Origin: Lytechinus pictus
Taxonomy: Eukaryota
Direction: 5' to 3'
NCBI RefSeq assembly: GCF_037042905.1
Contig: NC_087246.1
Location: 2,668,001-2,728,000, forward strand
DNA: 60,000 nucleotides
Positions 1-14,231 of the stretch are shown here, piece by piece. A program made the position numbers and the translations under genes. Below the pieces are notes generated by a model. That model did not search any database. It worked only from the letters and a program-made list of their open reading frames with translations, and was not told the DNA's origin. Each line of letters starts with the position of its first letter. Position 1 is the first letter of the stretch.

Positions 1-1904
1 AGCTTATCTTTTAATCCTCAGATGTCTGACATGTCAACTTGTTGTGTTAAAAAATCCAAGTCAAATCGTCCCTTGTCGAGTAGAGAAGTTGTGCAATTTT
101 AAAACACTTCTTAGCGCCATTAATTTTCTCAATATTCTTTTCAGCATATTGAATTGCCATCAAGGTGACATGTTTCGTGACAACATCTTCAATCAAATTG
201 ATAAAACTTTATATCCAGGATGCTACAAGCTTTTCCGCTTAAAAAGTAGAATGCCATAACCTGGCATGCAATACGTGGTTCTGGTTTCTGTTTTCCCCCA
301 TGGTTAACGAATTATACTAGAGGGAAATTTGAGAATATCAAAGGAAATTTTATCCAAATCTTATATTATTCATATAAATTATGTCAAAGATTACGTTTTT
401 TCACAATCAATGTGGAAGTATTTTCAATGGAATAATTTATTTCTAAAATTTATGAAATCTATTTTTATAACAATTATCATTTCATTCAAAATACCACTGA
501 CATTTTCACAAAGAGAAGGTGAAATACAGTATGTTAATCATATTAGTTTTGTGAAAAATTACATTCACAGTCCTGAGCCTGGATTTATCGTAAATCCAAA
601 GTAAGAATAAGTATCTGTAATGAACCTTTGTCAGATAAGAGAAATATGGCATGCCTGTGGACGCAGCTGTGATAATTTTTATCGGTGTCACATTACGCGT
701 TGCTATATCAGTATTCTGGTAAGAACCATCTAATTTCAGCAATTACGCTTGAATATTTCAACATGCGAATAAGAACGTTTGTTACGGATCACCACATTGT
801 GACTCTAATATACAAATTGACAAAGCTTGAATTCAGTACACGAACCTGGCTCACGACAGTGTCTGGTTAATTTGAGAAATGTGGAGAAAAGCTCAAGACT
901 CGCCGACAAGATAGATTGGACGTAGCTTGTTTATTGATAGCTTTCATCAATTCTAAACCCGTACTAATGTCTGGTGTAAGAAATATAATGGTGTCAAAAT
1001 GCACTTCTACATCTGTTTGTATTTTAGCTCTCAAAAAGGCCTACATGTTTTGCATTTTCAACCTCACGACTAAACCCATCAAAATATTGGATATCTTGCA
1101 TCCTTATTCTTTTTAAATACCCCTACGTATCCTTTATATTCATTTTTTCTGTTCATTAACGATATTGTAGTTTAGCTACAACCTTTATGTGGATGGTATT
1201 TAAAATTGTTACCAAAGAAATTATAAAATAATACTTTATGGATCTTCATATACTGCAATTGCAGGAAGATTTTGTAAGAAAAAAAGACATAATTTGATGC
1301 TTAAAATACGCAAATGGTAGGAGGAGCATGATTTGATTTGAAGTTTTACTTAAATATTGACAATGAAATAACATATTTATTCTAGTTCTTTACTCACCCT
1401 ATTTCCAACCCACCGACACACTCGCATAAACCCTTACACTCACACGCGAGAGTAAACTAGATGCAACGGGAACTTAAATAATCATGTATATAGTACCGAG
1501 TATGTATTGTACCATAGTGTGTGTGTTCCCTTCTCATGGATGCATGAAAATTACATTTAATTCAATCATCGTCGATTATTCCACTACGCCTCAAATTTAT
1601 GGCGTTATCCTAATACATTCATTGTTAATGAAAATTGATGTAATCTGCCTCATATCCAGCTCTTATGGCACGATGTCGTAATTGAATGTAATCATGCATG
1701 TAATACGGATTATAATTAATGGGTCGTTAAATGCAGCTATCTTTTCCGGATGATATGATAGCATCAAAAGAAAGAAAATAAGATACGTTGTTAGAGAGTA
1801 AAACATCGTTATCTGTCAAAATTTGTACAGTAAAATACTTGAAATAAATCTACAACTGTGGGTGCAAATTGTTTGATTCCGTCAAGAAACTGAGACAAAC
1901 ATAG

Positions 1905-2050
1905 ATGGAGGAGGAGAAGGAGAAGAAGAAGGAGAAGAAGAAGAAGAAAAAGATGATGATGATGATGATGATGATAAGGAAAATTAAAACAAAAAGAAGA
2001 GGATGAGGAGGAAGAAATAAAAGGAGAAGAAGACGATGTAGAGGAAGATC
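1905..2050. repeat. Compound (GGA/GAA/GAT)n microsatellite
   Basis: Direct reading: gaggagaaggagaagaagaag...gatgatgatgat. Confidence 0.9.
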
Positions 2051-3364
2051 TTTTTTTTTCCAATCAAATGGTTTCCAAGGAATCATTAAGGATATGCTGT
2101 TTATAATGAACATTAAATTTGATATTTTGATTAAAAGGAGGAAAAATCATACAATAAGCATTACACTAAAATGAAGACTAACAAAAACCTAGCCAGATGA
2201 ATTGAACTACATGTTATAATGGAGGGATTGCCATGCCATCCTGCTCCTCCTTGCTTGCCATGGTAACGAAGTGCTTTTCGATAATATCCAGTCAACCTCT
2301 TAAAACGAATGGAATGAGAGAGGGGTCAAGCCTACTTGAGCTATACCATCCATTGGGGGTTGCATCCAATATATCTGAAATTAGGTCAAACGATTTGCCG
2401 GCAGTCGGACGCCCAAAGGATATTTTTTCCTGCATTAACAGAGAGCTACATCGGACCAGCATCACAAAAATGAGAAAATGACCATGATATTGATGTGGTT
2501 GATATCAATACCCGATTAACAAAGAATACAGCAGTTATATATGCTCTTCATATTGTTGTCGTTATGTTCCAATATATCTTTCATACTCAGAATGCACGCG
2601 ACAAAGCAATTTTATCTCCTTCAGCCTGGATACGATGATTTATAGCTTTGATATTAATTTTCTACTTGAATCTTTGCATAAAAGTACTCGAATACTCCTA
2701 CGAACTTTTTACTTGTTGAAAGAGATGACTGTTGATTACATTGTCTGGGTCAATGGGCACCAAAATGATATGCGATTTTCATTTTCGCGCCATTACTTTC
2801 ATGACTGGGGGATTACTTGGGAAATAATAATTGCAGAACAGAACAGATCACTAATTTAAAATGATGATTCAAGTGTAACGGAATGGTTTATTGAAACTTT
2901 AACACGGTATGAAAAGAAAAAAAAAGATTTTTGCCATGATTGAATAATTGTTCAGTAAAAATATGCCAACCAGATGTTAACGTTCGTTTGTAAATCATAA
3001 TAATATGATACCGTGATAATATTGTGAGAACTCTGGCATACTCTATTTACTAATTTTGCTTTATATTGGATCAACACTTTTTATTTGAATTTAAGGTTTC
3101 TGTTACATGGGCCCTGTAATATAAAACACACAATAAATCGCACCGTATTATCCGTATACAGTTTAAACTTGAACCGATATGGTAAAATTATGTATGACAT
3201 AACAACCGATTTATCAAGTTTATGTAATTAATAACAAAAAAGGTTTTATAAATGTATGGGCTGATAATTTCGACAGAAATTGCCTGGCCTTCTGAGGTCG
3301 GGGAAGTACTTTTTTAAACTGTAGTCATATGGAGTAATGAGGCAGAATGTCTGTATTGGCAAGA

Positions 3365-3480
3365 GTGTTTGTGTGGTATCCATGTGTGTGTATGTGTTGG
3401 GATTGTGTGTGGGTGAGGGTGAGGGTGCGCGTGTGAGTGGAATGTGGGTTTGTGTGTGTGTGTCTCTCTCTCTCTTTGTG
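3365..3480. repeat. Degenerate (GT)n/(CT)n microsatellite
   Basis: gtgtgtgt...ctctctct tract. Confidence 0.8.
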
Positions 3481-3757
3481 TCATGCATTGCATGACACAT
3501 CCTACAAGAGGAAAATTAACCAATATTTTAGAGAGAGTAAATCACTATTTCGTATTGCTTTAAACTGTCTTTATAATTTAAGTTTGTATTGTTATAAACT
3601 ATGTATCTAAGATACAATTGATGTCTAACAAGTGTAGGGAAATATTACAATCGTGTCGAAAAAGAGGGTTAACCTGAGGAAAATGACAACGTCAACATAA
3701 TTATCAGCTTCAGTATAGCTAAATCTGCTACTGAAGGAAGAGTTCATTGACACTCGA

Positions 3758-3920
3758 CTACATATATAAATATATATAAAATATATATGTGTGTATATAT
3801 ATATATATATATAAATTATGTGTGTTTGAGAAATTATACATGTACAAAAACTTTGGCAACAAAGGTAGTATATATATTGGTTTATTAGTATATATATACG
3901 TATATACATGTATATATATT
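3758..3920. repeat. (AT)n low-complexity tract
   Basis: Repeated tatatata runs. Confidence 0.85.
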
Positions 3921-5352
3921 GGTTTAGTAATTCTGTTAAAAAGAGATATGGATCGCGATGTCAACATCGTAACATATTTGATATCATTAATCTGATTTTG
4001 CCCTTACCACTGGCAACTGTGTAATGTCCACTTTCTTCATTCGAATATGGGTATAAATAAACGATCCCATGTTAACAAAGAAAAATGTTTGCGCAATGAA
4101 AGGAGAATATATTGCATTTTGTTTCCTTCATTGTCGTTTCGAAAAAACAACTCATGAATTGATTGGCAAGGTCTGCTGCATACATTGGTAGATATAATGG
4201 ATCAGACTTTCTGATTTCCATCCATATGAAGAAGACTATCCTCAATGTCCACTACATTAGCATCCTATGGTATGATTTATGATTGCTTGCTTGTTGTCCT
4301 GCATAGAAAATTGATTGTTCAGATCATCCATCTTCATCACTTTATGATTAACGTTCATGTTGATACTTTGTTGTTCCTTTCATTTTAGACTGGTATCTCG
4401 TCCAGCCGTACTAGTAATTGATGAGATCGGACGTTCGAAATAAAATTGTTCACGTCATATATTTAAGTCTTTAACACTACTTCACACAAAGAATAAAGTA
4501 GAAACGCATAGATTACAACTCAAATGTTAACATGGCGATATGCGTTATTATGATGTCCCGAGCTTGGCACTGGCAAGATTTTGCCTTTTTTATTAAAGCA
4601 AAGAGGCGTTATCTTTTACAATGTGTAACAAAGCTTGCGTGCACTCAAAAAACTTCTACCATCCAATTAACGGCCTTATTATTCTCAAAATATCTTAAAA
4701 TATAAGGCCTTACTACAAAATAATAAAATAAAAACATTATTTGATATGATAATTTTAATTGGTGCATATATACTTTTTTTATGAGAGCGCCGTTAAAATC
4801 CAATCAACAACAACAACCACTGGATTTGTGTTTTATATTATTAGAAGCCTACATTACAGGGGGTAGTATTCGTCCCAAAATCATGTGAATGGTTTGATAA
4901 TTTAGGTTATTATCAACCGTTGGTATCAGACATCTGAGCTGGTCATTTACAAAACCGTATTGCCCTGTATTTTATTATTATCAGGAAGGGATAGGTATAT
5001 TGTTTGTAGTTTCCTCGGTCTCAATGCGCGTATTGACTTTGCATGCAGAGACGACGCAAAATATACCTTTGTATTTTCCCTGGTCTCACATCCGGGCCTT
5101 TGAGGATGCGAATGAAGTGATACGCTTCATAGGCCCGAATTCACAAAGGTGGATTCTGCAAAATCCACGGATTAATCCATGGATTTTGCAAGATAAAGAC
5201 AACGCTGGATCTGGGCGCTTGCAAGTACGTCATAATGGTAAAGTGCAGAGCCTAGACCCTGATATTATCATGACACAACAGAACTCTATTCTTAAAAGAT
5301 ATCACTATTATCATGATTTTTGCTCTAGATATCTGATTTGGATGATAATAAA

Positions 5353-5493
5353 GATATTGACTGCCCTTTTTTCGGGGAACATCAAATATATTGCCCTTAA
5401 AAGACCCATATTGCCCTCGTCTAAAGACTCGGGCCAATATATGATTCTTTTGCTAGCAATATATTGATGTTCCCCTCAAGGCCAGTCAATATC
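5353..5493. mobile_element. Imperfect ~140-bp palindrome, Crypton-like or MITE remnant
   Basis: gatattgactg...ggggaacatcaaatatattgc pairs with gcaatatattgatgttcccc...cagtcaatatc, around the centre gccctcgtctaaagactcgggc. The family assignment is tentative. Confidence 0.55.
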
Positions 5494-5576
5494 ATATCAA
5501 TATTTGTCTTGGCCCATCCTCCTTAATACATTCAACGATGAATATAAAGAAAATACATGTCATTGCTGAGACTCAC

Positions 5577-5649
5577 CCTGTATCAAGAGGAAAACTGCAC
5601 CAACACACACGGCAAGCAAAGCCGTAGTGATTCTGTAGAAAGGATCCAT
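5577..5649 (-). CDS. First coding exon (signal peptide) of a second secreted or membrane protein gene, possibly another Cys-loop receptor subunit
   Basis: 73 nt from ATG to a consensus donor G|gtgagt in phase 1. Translates MDPFYRITTALLAVCVGAVFLLIQ, a basic residue followed by a hydrophobic core. No downstream exon was recognised in 1-5570. Confidence 0.65.
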
Positions 5650-6430
5650 ATCACCCTAAATGTTGATTCAACTGGCGTGTGATTCAGTTTCGCTGTAAAT
5701 ACGCTATTTCTTCTCTTTCAGCAAAAGAAAAGTATATCCAGAATGGAGAATATATTATCAGCAAGTGATTTTATCATCAGTATTGATCCTATCATGAAGC
5801 TACCTAAAACCAAACCTTGAAATTGGTGGCCGTATTCACCATAATGCCCTGTAGATGAGAGAATAGCCGAGTACTGTCATTGATGATGTTAACTATAACT
5901 CAACGTAAATCTCAAATCGTATAGAATTCAAGCACTCTTCGTCGACGGATGTACGATTCCGTATAAGCTTATACGACATGTCTTGAGATAATGAGTAAAC
6001 TCTGAATACTACAGCAACTTTCATTCGCGATCACGAGATGTTACTCTAATCCCACGAAATGCCAACAGGTACATTGAAAACCCTCGTCAGACGTTAAGGA
6101 AATGTTACCCGCGTCTCACCACCCTTCGAGTCCGTTTGGAGAGATCGTGTACCGATCAGACAACCACTACAAGAGAAATTTCCCGCGTAAACCTGAAGGC
6201 TCCAGAGTTTCACACGACGACAAGATGAGGCTGGTGTGTATAATCGTCAATGTGTCTCAATGTGCTCTTGCTATCGAAGTACAAATTGTTCGCTCGCACC
6301 CGTGATCGGATGCATTGCGCCTTCATATTTATGTCGACGTCCATTTCACACATTTCATCATTATCAGTTCATAATCACAGTACTGATTGTTCTTTGTAGA
6401 ATCATCTGAATCGTGTCGGTGGATGGTGAA
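5650..6430 (-). promoter_or_regulatory. Putative 5' UTR and promoter region of the second gene
   Basis: Repeat-free stretch visibly richer in CpG than its flanks, directly upstream of the ATG at 5649. No TSS can be assigned. Confidence 0.35.
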
Positions 6431-6939
6431 GGCATGGCAAATTCATTCATTATTTACATAAACATTCCTTGCAATGATTTGGAATTTGTCTTGATCACCA
6501 TGGTTGTACACGTTTTTGGACGTTTCCTTCTTTGATAATCACAATGTATGTATAGCATTATATTATATTGTATTTTATATTGTATTTTGTCTTTTTTATT
6601 TTTCAGTACATCCAAATCTGCAATAATTTTTCTGTTCATAATCATTAAGATTAGACTCTGCAAATTGCATCATTATTAGTTGATTAAAAAAAATGTAATG
6701 TGTTAGAAACACTAATAAAACAAATCCTTAACCAGCTGAAGGGATGACAGTGAAAACAACGTAATCGTTTTGATCGCTCTTAAGTCCGTTTTTCTACACA
6801 ACATAAAAATTATAGGGTCAACTTTCGTTAGAGTTAACGACCTGTATTACTAAAATACGTAGTGCCATCTCGGTTTTTATACCAATACATGTTGCATATG
6901 TAGAAAATGTATTAGTATGCAAATAAAGATGAAGGTTAT

Positions 6940-7250
6940 GGCCCATATTCTGAAGTCGGGTTTAACTTAAACTCTGGTTTAAAGTTGTGGTTTAAGTATG
7001 GATAGCCAAGTGTTACATAAATCACTAACAGTAGAGATATCATATTTAAGCTCACTTGGCTTTCAAATCATTCATAATTGTTTAGGAAGTATAAATAGAT
7101 AATTGTCTTCACCATCGATGAATCAGGAAAGAGCACAGTAAACATAAGAAACATACAACTTAATAAAAATGTTGACACTTTTGGCTTCCCATAATTTAAG
7201 CACAGAGTTAGACGATGGTCTAAGTTAAACCTGACTTCAGAATATGGGCC
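6940..7250. mobile_element. MITE, PIF/Harbinger-like termini
   Basis: ~35-bp TIRs ggcccatattctgaagtcgggtttaactta / taagttaaacctgacttcagaatatgggcc. TSD not clean. Confidence 0.85.
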
Positions 7251-7477
7251 TACGGATTTATTATATTCACAATGTTAATACAATCATACCGGAAAGAAAA
7301 AATACAACAACAACAACAAAACATTCATGAGACGTAACATATTTGATTACCTCAGGATCAACCACATGGTACATGCATGAATATCATCTTGTCATATATT
7401 TTGATTTTATTGCAGCTATCAACATGCTCATTGGAAAGCCTCTGTGAATTACATTGAAGTACATTCAAACAGATGTG

Positions 7478-7575
7478 ATAGATATGATGATGATGATGAT
7501 GATGATGATGATAATGATGATGATGGCGGTGGTGATGATGATGATGATGATGGTGGTGACACACGACGGTGATGA
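7478..7575. repeat. (GAT)n microsatellite
   Basis: gatgatgat array; source of the poly-His and poly-Ile ORFs. Confidence 0.9.
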
Positions 7576-10500
7576 CTGTGATGTTGATTTATTTATAATA
7601 ATACATGTATAAAAGACATATGAGATTGAACGCACTAATATCATCACCATAATATGTCAGCGGAAGAGGAGTCTCTTTAAGGTTTGGTGAACAAGATCTA
7701 ATATATACTATTGTATTGATTAGATTGTTATCATGCTGTAAAAAAAAAACATAGCGATATTGTGGTGAATAACAATAATATCAGACCTACACATTACAAA
7801 AAGAGCACAATGCATGATGTATTTTTAGGTACCATAAGTACGATGTGTAAATTCCATTCAATATGACTGCTTGTAAGGCCCCATTCTCCCTCCCAACCCA
7901 CAATGTGATAAATTATGGTATGTGAACGGGCCAACGCTGCAGAATGTATTAGCATTCTCCTGTATACTTGTACATTGTGCTCGTAGGCAAGAACCACGCT
8001 CATCAATTCTCTCTCCTTATGTTCCAGAGAAATCAATTTTCTCCCCAACCAGTGGATGCAGACCTTTCTTTGATGACACTGTATGCGGCACTATAATTTC
8101 TTTCATCTAATCAGCACATGATGGTGATAAATATCGATAAGGGATCGCGAAAATATTTTATTCATGACCTTGTTTAATATTAATACGTAAACATTGTCTT
8201 TGCATGCGCTATCGAAAGGTTAATTATATTTTTAGCTTTTTGAAATATATTTCTTGTTCTTTAATCCATTCTCCTTTAAATGAGGTACAAATCAATTATC
8301 AATTATTTCGGCCAAAATTTGCTTACACAAGCCTGTACACAAGGATATCATAAGGACGATTGAAAATTGAAAAAAAAATCACAAAATTATGTTATGTTTA
8401 AGATACTCAACATCCAGGTGTTATGAGAGGGAAGCTTGGAAGATCTGTCCTTTTTATTCAGAATTGGGGAAAGTAAAGAATGATGATTATATTTTAGGCA
8501 TTAACTTTGGGTGTTTTTTGGTAAAATTATTTCTTGGGCAATTGCTTCAACATCGGTCACAAAATATTTTTAATGGAATTTTCGAAAATAAAAGTTCGAA
8601 TACACCCAATAAATTAAATAAAATCATAAATTGATGAATAATTTAACGATAATGAAATATAAATAATGATTATGATACCATGGACTTGTACATTGCTCAG
8701 TCCACCTATTCAGTTTTATAGTTATATGAGGACATGGATGTCCCAGTTTAGGGAGGAACCTTCGGGTAGAGTGGAATGTCAAGTACCTTATATTGAGTCA
8801 AAATGAAGAATGTGGTCCGTCCCGAGTCTCAGGTGTGGAATTTGATACAAAATCGGTAATGGCCTGACGACAGTATGTCAATGAATGCAGGCACAAACCA
8901 AGGTCGAAATTCAGTCCAAATAAGATGGATTAGAAACAAGGAGTATGAAAAAAGGTAAGATTATTCCTTCCTTTTAAACGAGAAAACAACATGGTGTGAT
9001 ATATATCGGTGTTTTGGATAGATCACAATAATATTTGTATTTTCACTTTTATTCAATTACTTTCTTTTCCGTTGCTTTGGTTGCAAATATAAATTAGCTA
9101 GCTTACATATCAAAGTAACACTGAGCAAAGACTTGTGAATGCTTCTTGACTTGCGCAAAACAAAATATAAAGTCAAGCAAAGGAATTGAACAAAATCTGA
9201 CGAACCAACGTTGTATTTCAAAATTTTCTATTAGTGTGTATGAATCTATGATGAGAACACATGGAAGTAATGAAAAATTTGAAAGACATGTCGATTTCAA
9301 TATCACATGCACAGAAGGACGAACATTGGAAAAATATAAATTCAGACAAATTTTTATATGTGTATGATTTAAATATTCAAACTTTTAATTGATTACATCG
9401 CTTAAAATGTTATAAATATATTTCCTAAGTAATATTGTTCAATTTATTATATTCTGTTAATTTGCATCAATAATATATTTCATGTGATATAAAAAAAAAA
9501 TCTGATGAAATATAGATGTGAATACATTATCATTAGACCCCGGTAATTACGTTTTCAAATAAACTCTTTTTCAGCGACAAAACAAATATATTCTTCTATA
9601 GATTACACACAATATTAAAATAATTATTGTATTCCATTACACAATTACAACACATGATTTGCATGTTTTCTATTTTAATCCGGATTACAGTCATACAACA
9701 GTCAATATGATAGCCATTTGAGTACACGCTCTAAAAAAATCCACTACCAGATTGGTGCAAAGTCTCTTTATATACAACATCCCGTGCTAGGTCAAAAGTG
9801 ACCCAGAATAAAATCCCTATGTCATGAATGTGACACCGTTAGATCTGACCCGGATGTGATCAAATTTGACCCTTTTTTATTAATTCAATTCAAATAAATA
9901 TTCATTTTCTTCAATTTCAATTGTCATAGTAGATATAGAGGATGCAATAATTACTTTGATTAGAGGGTGTGAAGACAAAGAAAAATGACTGTTTTTATGC
10001 AAAAGAAATTTCTTTAAAAATTGCTAAATGAGTAAGCCCAAGATAATATGTTCACATCTTCCTAAGACGAACGTGCGTAAAATAAGATACTTTGTATCGC
10101 TTATATTTTTTTCGAATAAAAAAAAACTTTGCTAAATCATAAAATATTTACAATATGGGCCTTGACATTATCATTTTGATAGCAAGCTTTAATATTACAA
10201 TAATACACGACTCAAAACACGAAATAGTTCAGGGTCGATGAATTGTATTTAGAGCACAGTTGTGATGAGATAAAATGCAAAAATAACTATGTAGGGGAAA
10301 AGGGAGGAAAAATAGAATAAAAAATGGACGTTAGAAACTGTTGCTGATAAAACATAGAGAGTGATTGAAAAAAATTGCAAAGTAGGCCATAACGCTTTTT
10401 CAGGTTTTGTTCACTTTCTTCTTCAGTTGATAGTATTTAACTTTATTGACACGTCATGGACGTTGCTTCGTAGGTCAAAGCATGATAATTATCAACACTT

Positions 10501-11296
10501 CATTTTGCAAACCTAAGCTCAATTTGTTTATGGCAAGCAATATCAAACCAAAATTACAACGCTCTGTTTTGTCTGTTCGCTGTTGATGAATCTGTTTGTT
10601 TAACTTTTTAGGGCAGTCATAGTAAAATTATTTTTAAAAAAGAGGATTATTCTCCTTCATGTTGATGTCTCTTCATATTCTGTAAATGTATCATTCTACA
10701 CATATTTTGACTATGGTTGTAAGTTAAAACATTTTTTCGAACTGAAAAAAGAAACTTAACTAAATAATTTATGGCGTAAAAGGCCTCCCATAAACTGTAC
10801 TCCCCGGTCACTGAAGTTCGTCTGGTGATGCTATCATTGTCATTACTAAGGTATCAGTGACGCAAACTCGATTCGACGGTCACTCGTAATTGGACTGTAA
10901 ATACCGTTTTGCAATAAACATGTCAAAGAAAGGTTATGGAACTGGTTCTGCTTCAAAGATATTGAGCAATTCAGGCACCCTATCAGAGAATTGCTAATAC
11001 AGAAAACACATGTCGCTCAATGCTGCATAGATTATAATATATTTTTAATTGAAATAGTGATTTAGAATTATCTTGATGAAGTATAACTTCTATATTTCAA
11101 TTGTGCAGCAAATTCGTTTCACCTTTCGTTTTAATCAGTTCGGTTTTCCGTATTTAAGTTCTTTACTTTGGTTTTAAGAGCAGCGCAAGACAAGCAGTGT
11201 CGACAGGGGAGGTTGACAGGTCAAAGTTGTTGGAGCAAACGGCAGGGAATTATTGATCTCACAAGAGATTGCAGCTAATCAATGAATACGTAAATT

Positions 11297-11583
11297 ACAG
11301 TCTCTCGGAAAAATAACAAAAGGGATATATTTTCTTTAACTTAGTGTTCACAAATAGAATGCTGGAACCAAGACCTTGCGGAAAAGATGGTTTTCTACTT
11401 CACAAACCCAAAACTTTGAACATCGGGTTTTGTACGCTTCACCTTCGGAGGACCCTTCATCTGTGATCCAAGAAAATAATGATTCCAAAATGTATTCTGT
11501 TACAGAAATCAGAAGAATAAACCGTATGTTTCTTACAAAGCTGATCATGGAACTTCGGTCACGTTTTTAAGAAACACCCTGTA
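11297..11583. mobile_element. Degraded Tc1/mariner-type non-autonomous remnant
   Basis: Right end ...tttttaagaaacaccctg|ta reads TA-CAGGGTGTTTC on the minus strand. A poorly matching ta-cagtctctc lies at the left. Confidence 0.35.
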
Positions 11584-12137
11584 TATTGTTTGCATCCCAC
11601 TCCCTTGACCATCAGATGCATGCTGCTCCTAGTTGGTAATCCGACCCAAATGCAATCAACCAATCATTCTATTTAATTGAATTATCCACCAATGCTATTA
11701 AACTTTGGAAAGTGAAAGACAGAAGGAAAGAAGAAGAAAGAAGACTGAGATATATAGATAAATAAATTATAGAGAGGGGAAATGGAGGGAGAGTGAGTGA
11801 AGGAGGGGGATCCCGAAATTTCTAAATTCTAGTAGCTGTAGTCATAAAGATGTTACTTGAATAAATTATATTTAAGGAAATTAGAGTAGAATTTTTTTGT
11901 TACTCAAGATGAAAATCACTTTTGCTGCTTCTGAAGAAAGAGATAGCAACGTAGTTTGGATTCAAACTTACTGAAATTGTAATGTTTTATTTTATTCCGT
12001 TCTCATTAATCCCATTAATTAATAAATTGTCAAGTCTTTTGGTAAAAATAGACTGCAGTAAAAAAAAAGAATAACAAGCTCTGGTGAACGAAGTCACAAA
12101 GGTGCAGAAATGCACCTCTTCGACGACAAAAATACTA

Positions 12138-12225
12138 CTCTCGCTCTCTCTCTCCCTCTTCCTCTCCCCCTCTCTCTCTCTCTCTCTCTCTCGCTATCTC
12201 TCCTTTTCCTTTCTCTTACTCTCTT
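12138..12225. repeat. (CT)n microsatellite
   Basis: ctctctctct array. Confidence 0.9.
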
Positions 12226-14231
12226 AATAATTGTTTATATTTCCATTCATAGTTTCTCTCCTTCACATGTAATCTTTTCTCCTCTAATTAGGGAACATCA
12301 CGAGATCATTCAGTTGAACAATCCCCGCCGACTCGACTAACCAGCCCCTGTTCTGATTTCGACAATGTTCGATGTGTGTCATTGTAATGATGGAAGGGAT
12401 TTTAATGTTCAAAAACATGGTCACGGCACCTCGACTAGGAAATAACCGCCCCATGTGTTTTAATAAGTTAAACACACATGATGCTACAGTGATCATATCC
12501 AAGGATCCAGTTACAAATAGACAAAATATAAAATAACACTGATTTCCGCCCCCGTACCTAGCCACCGTACCAATAACATGGGACAATATTCCCAACTCTC
12601 ATAAAGAACGTGGTTCCAATCTGCGTATTCAAGACAAATCTAAAAACTCATTTTTTCCGTTAAAACCCACTTTCAAGCATGTTTCTTTTTATTTCTCTTC
12701 AATTTTCATTCACATTTATATATTTTGTTTCATTGTAACTTATCTTAGTTTGTTATTTAGGCCTCTTGTTCGTCATTGATGAAAATGAAAACAGTGTGCA
12801 CAAGTGAAAAAAAACAGTTCACCGCCTTTCCCTAGGTTTCTTTGGTAAATGGTGAAATAATGGAAGTTTTTTTTCTCTCTTTGACCTAAAATTATGATAA
12901 GAAACTGAATAAATTCCCACTAATCTTCAGTGCTTCTAGTAGTTTACTGGGATCATCACTTATTTTTCTTTCCCCATGCACTTTTTATAATGAGATTCTT
13001 GACACCATATATCTATCGCCTCATCATTTTCTCGGCAGGAGCCAAAGCCAATTATATGACATGCAGGGAGACCTAATTATTATACGCGATTTTCTTGAGA
13101 TCTCCTGCAGTGTGCCACTTGAAGGTTGAACTTCATGAAGCAGGTTCTTTCTTGTTTGTTAGGCAGATACATAGTGAATGGTATTGGATATGGAATGGGG
13201 CGGGAGGGGGCGGACTGTGAAGGAAAAGGGAAAGAAGATTGTAAGACAGAATGTTATTATGGGTCTGGGCAATATGATGTTACACAGAGTTCAGGATTTA
13301 ATTTTGTATACAATTCTATCTACGGCATATTTAAATATTGTATTGTAAGACTTTTTAGTGCTCAGGAGTTTTAAGTCAAGTCTTCTTCCCACAGTTAATA
13401 TCTTTATCATATTAATTTTTGGCCTAAAAAAAGATAGAGACAGATTAAGAGATTAAATGATTATCATCGAAGTTGTACTTTGCAAATACTCAAGAGAATT
13501 ACATAGGGCTGAAAAGAGAAAACAAATTAAGGAGAAGTTGATAATAAAGATAATTATGAACATGAAATGTCTTTTTTCATAATTTTGAATATCAAAGTGA
13601 TGTATTGACTGTTAGAGAGGTTATCCAAGTTCAGGTTATGCTAGTGTTATTCATAAATCTTTGATCTGTTGTGTGCATGACGTCTTGCTTGCCTTATATT
13701 TAATCATCTTGCCAATTACCAATCGATCATTCTATTTACTTAATGACCCATTAGTATGTTTAACGATCGGTTACATCGATCAAATTTGGGTTGTTGCATC
13801 GAAATACTGTCATCAAACCCGATTCCTGTACAATGTTCGACGGTAGATGGCGTATGCACACTATCTTCGCAAAGAGTCATTGACATAAATATTTTACCAC
13901 CCACTTTCATCTAACGATGTATAATATGGAGGAAATTAAGCTATCTATATGTTCACTTCATTAATGATACCGTTATACTACCGTGATAGACATCACTGCG
14001 TAAGAATACTATCAAATGTTGTCATATTTTGTTACCGATAGGTGTTGGTTATGTACTTGAATACAGGGCGACAGATAATAATAATGCATAATATTGCGAT
14101 GGCAAAGATACAGGGCTTTAATACACCTCAGACTGAAAGCAATGTTAGCAAATGGCTAATCAGCCTTTGGCGCCATCTACAGGCATAGGCAAGAGACGTA
14201 TCACATCATTGTGTCAAAGAGAGCGGTATAA

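Noticed and set aside
1809..2113. Poly-Ser/His/Leu/Ile ORFs here and at 7358-7650, 33070-33435 and 39715-39984
   Set aside because: Translations of trinucleotide microsatellites.
5000..5467. 155-aa plus-strand ORF
   Set aside because: Crosses palindromic repeat remnants, starts at a non-ATG codon and has no recognisable domain.
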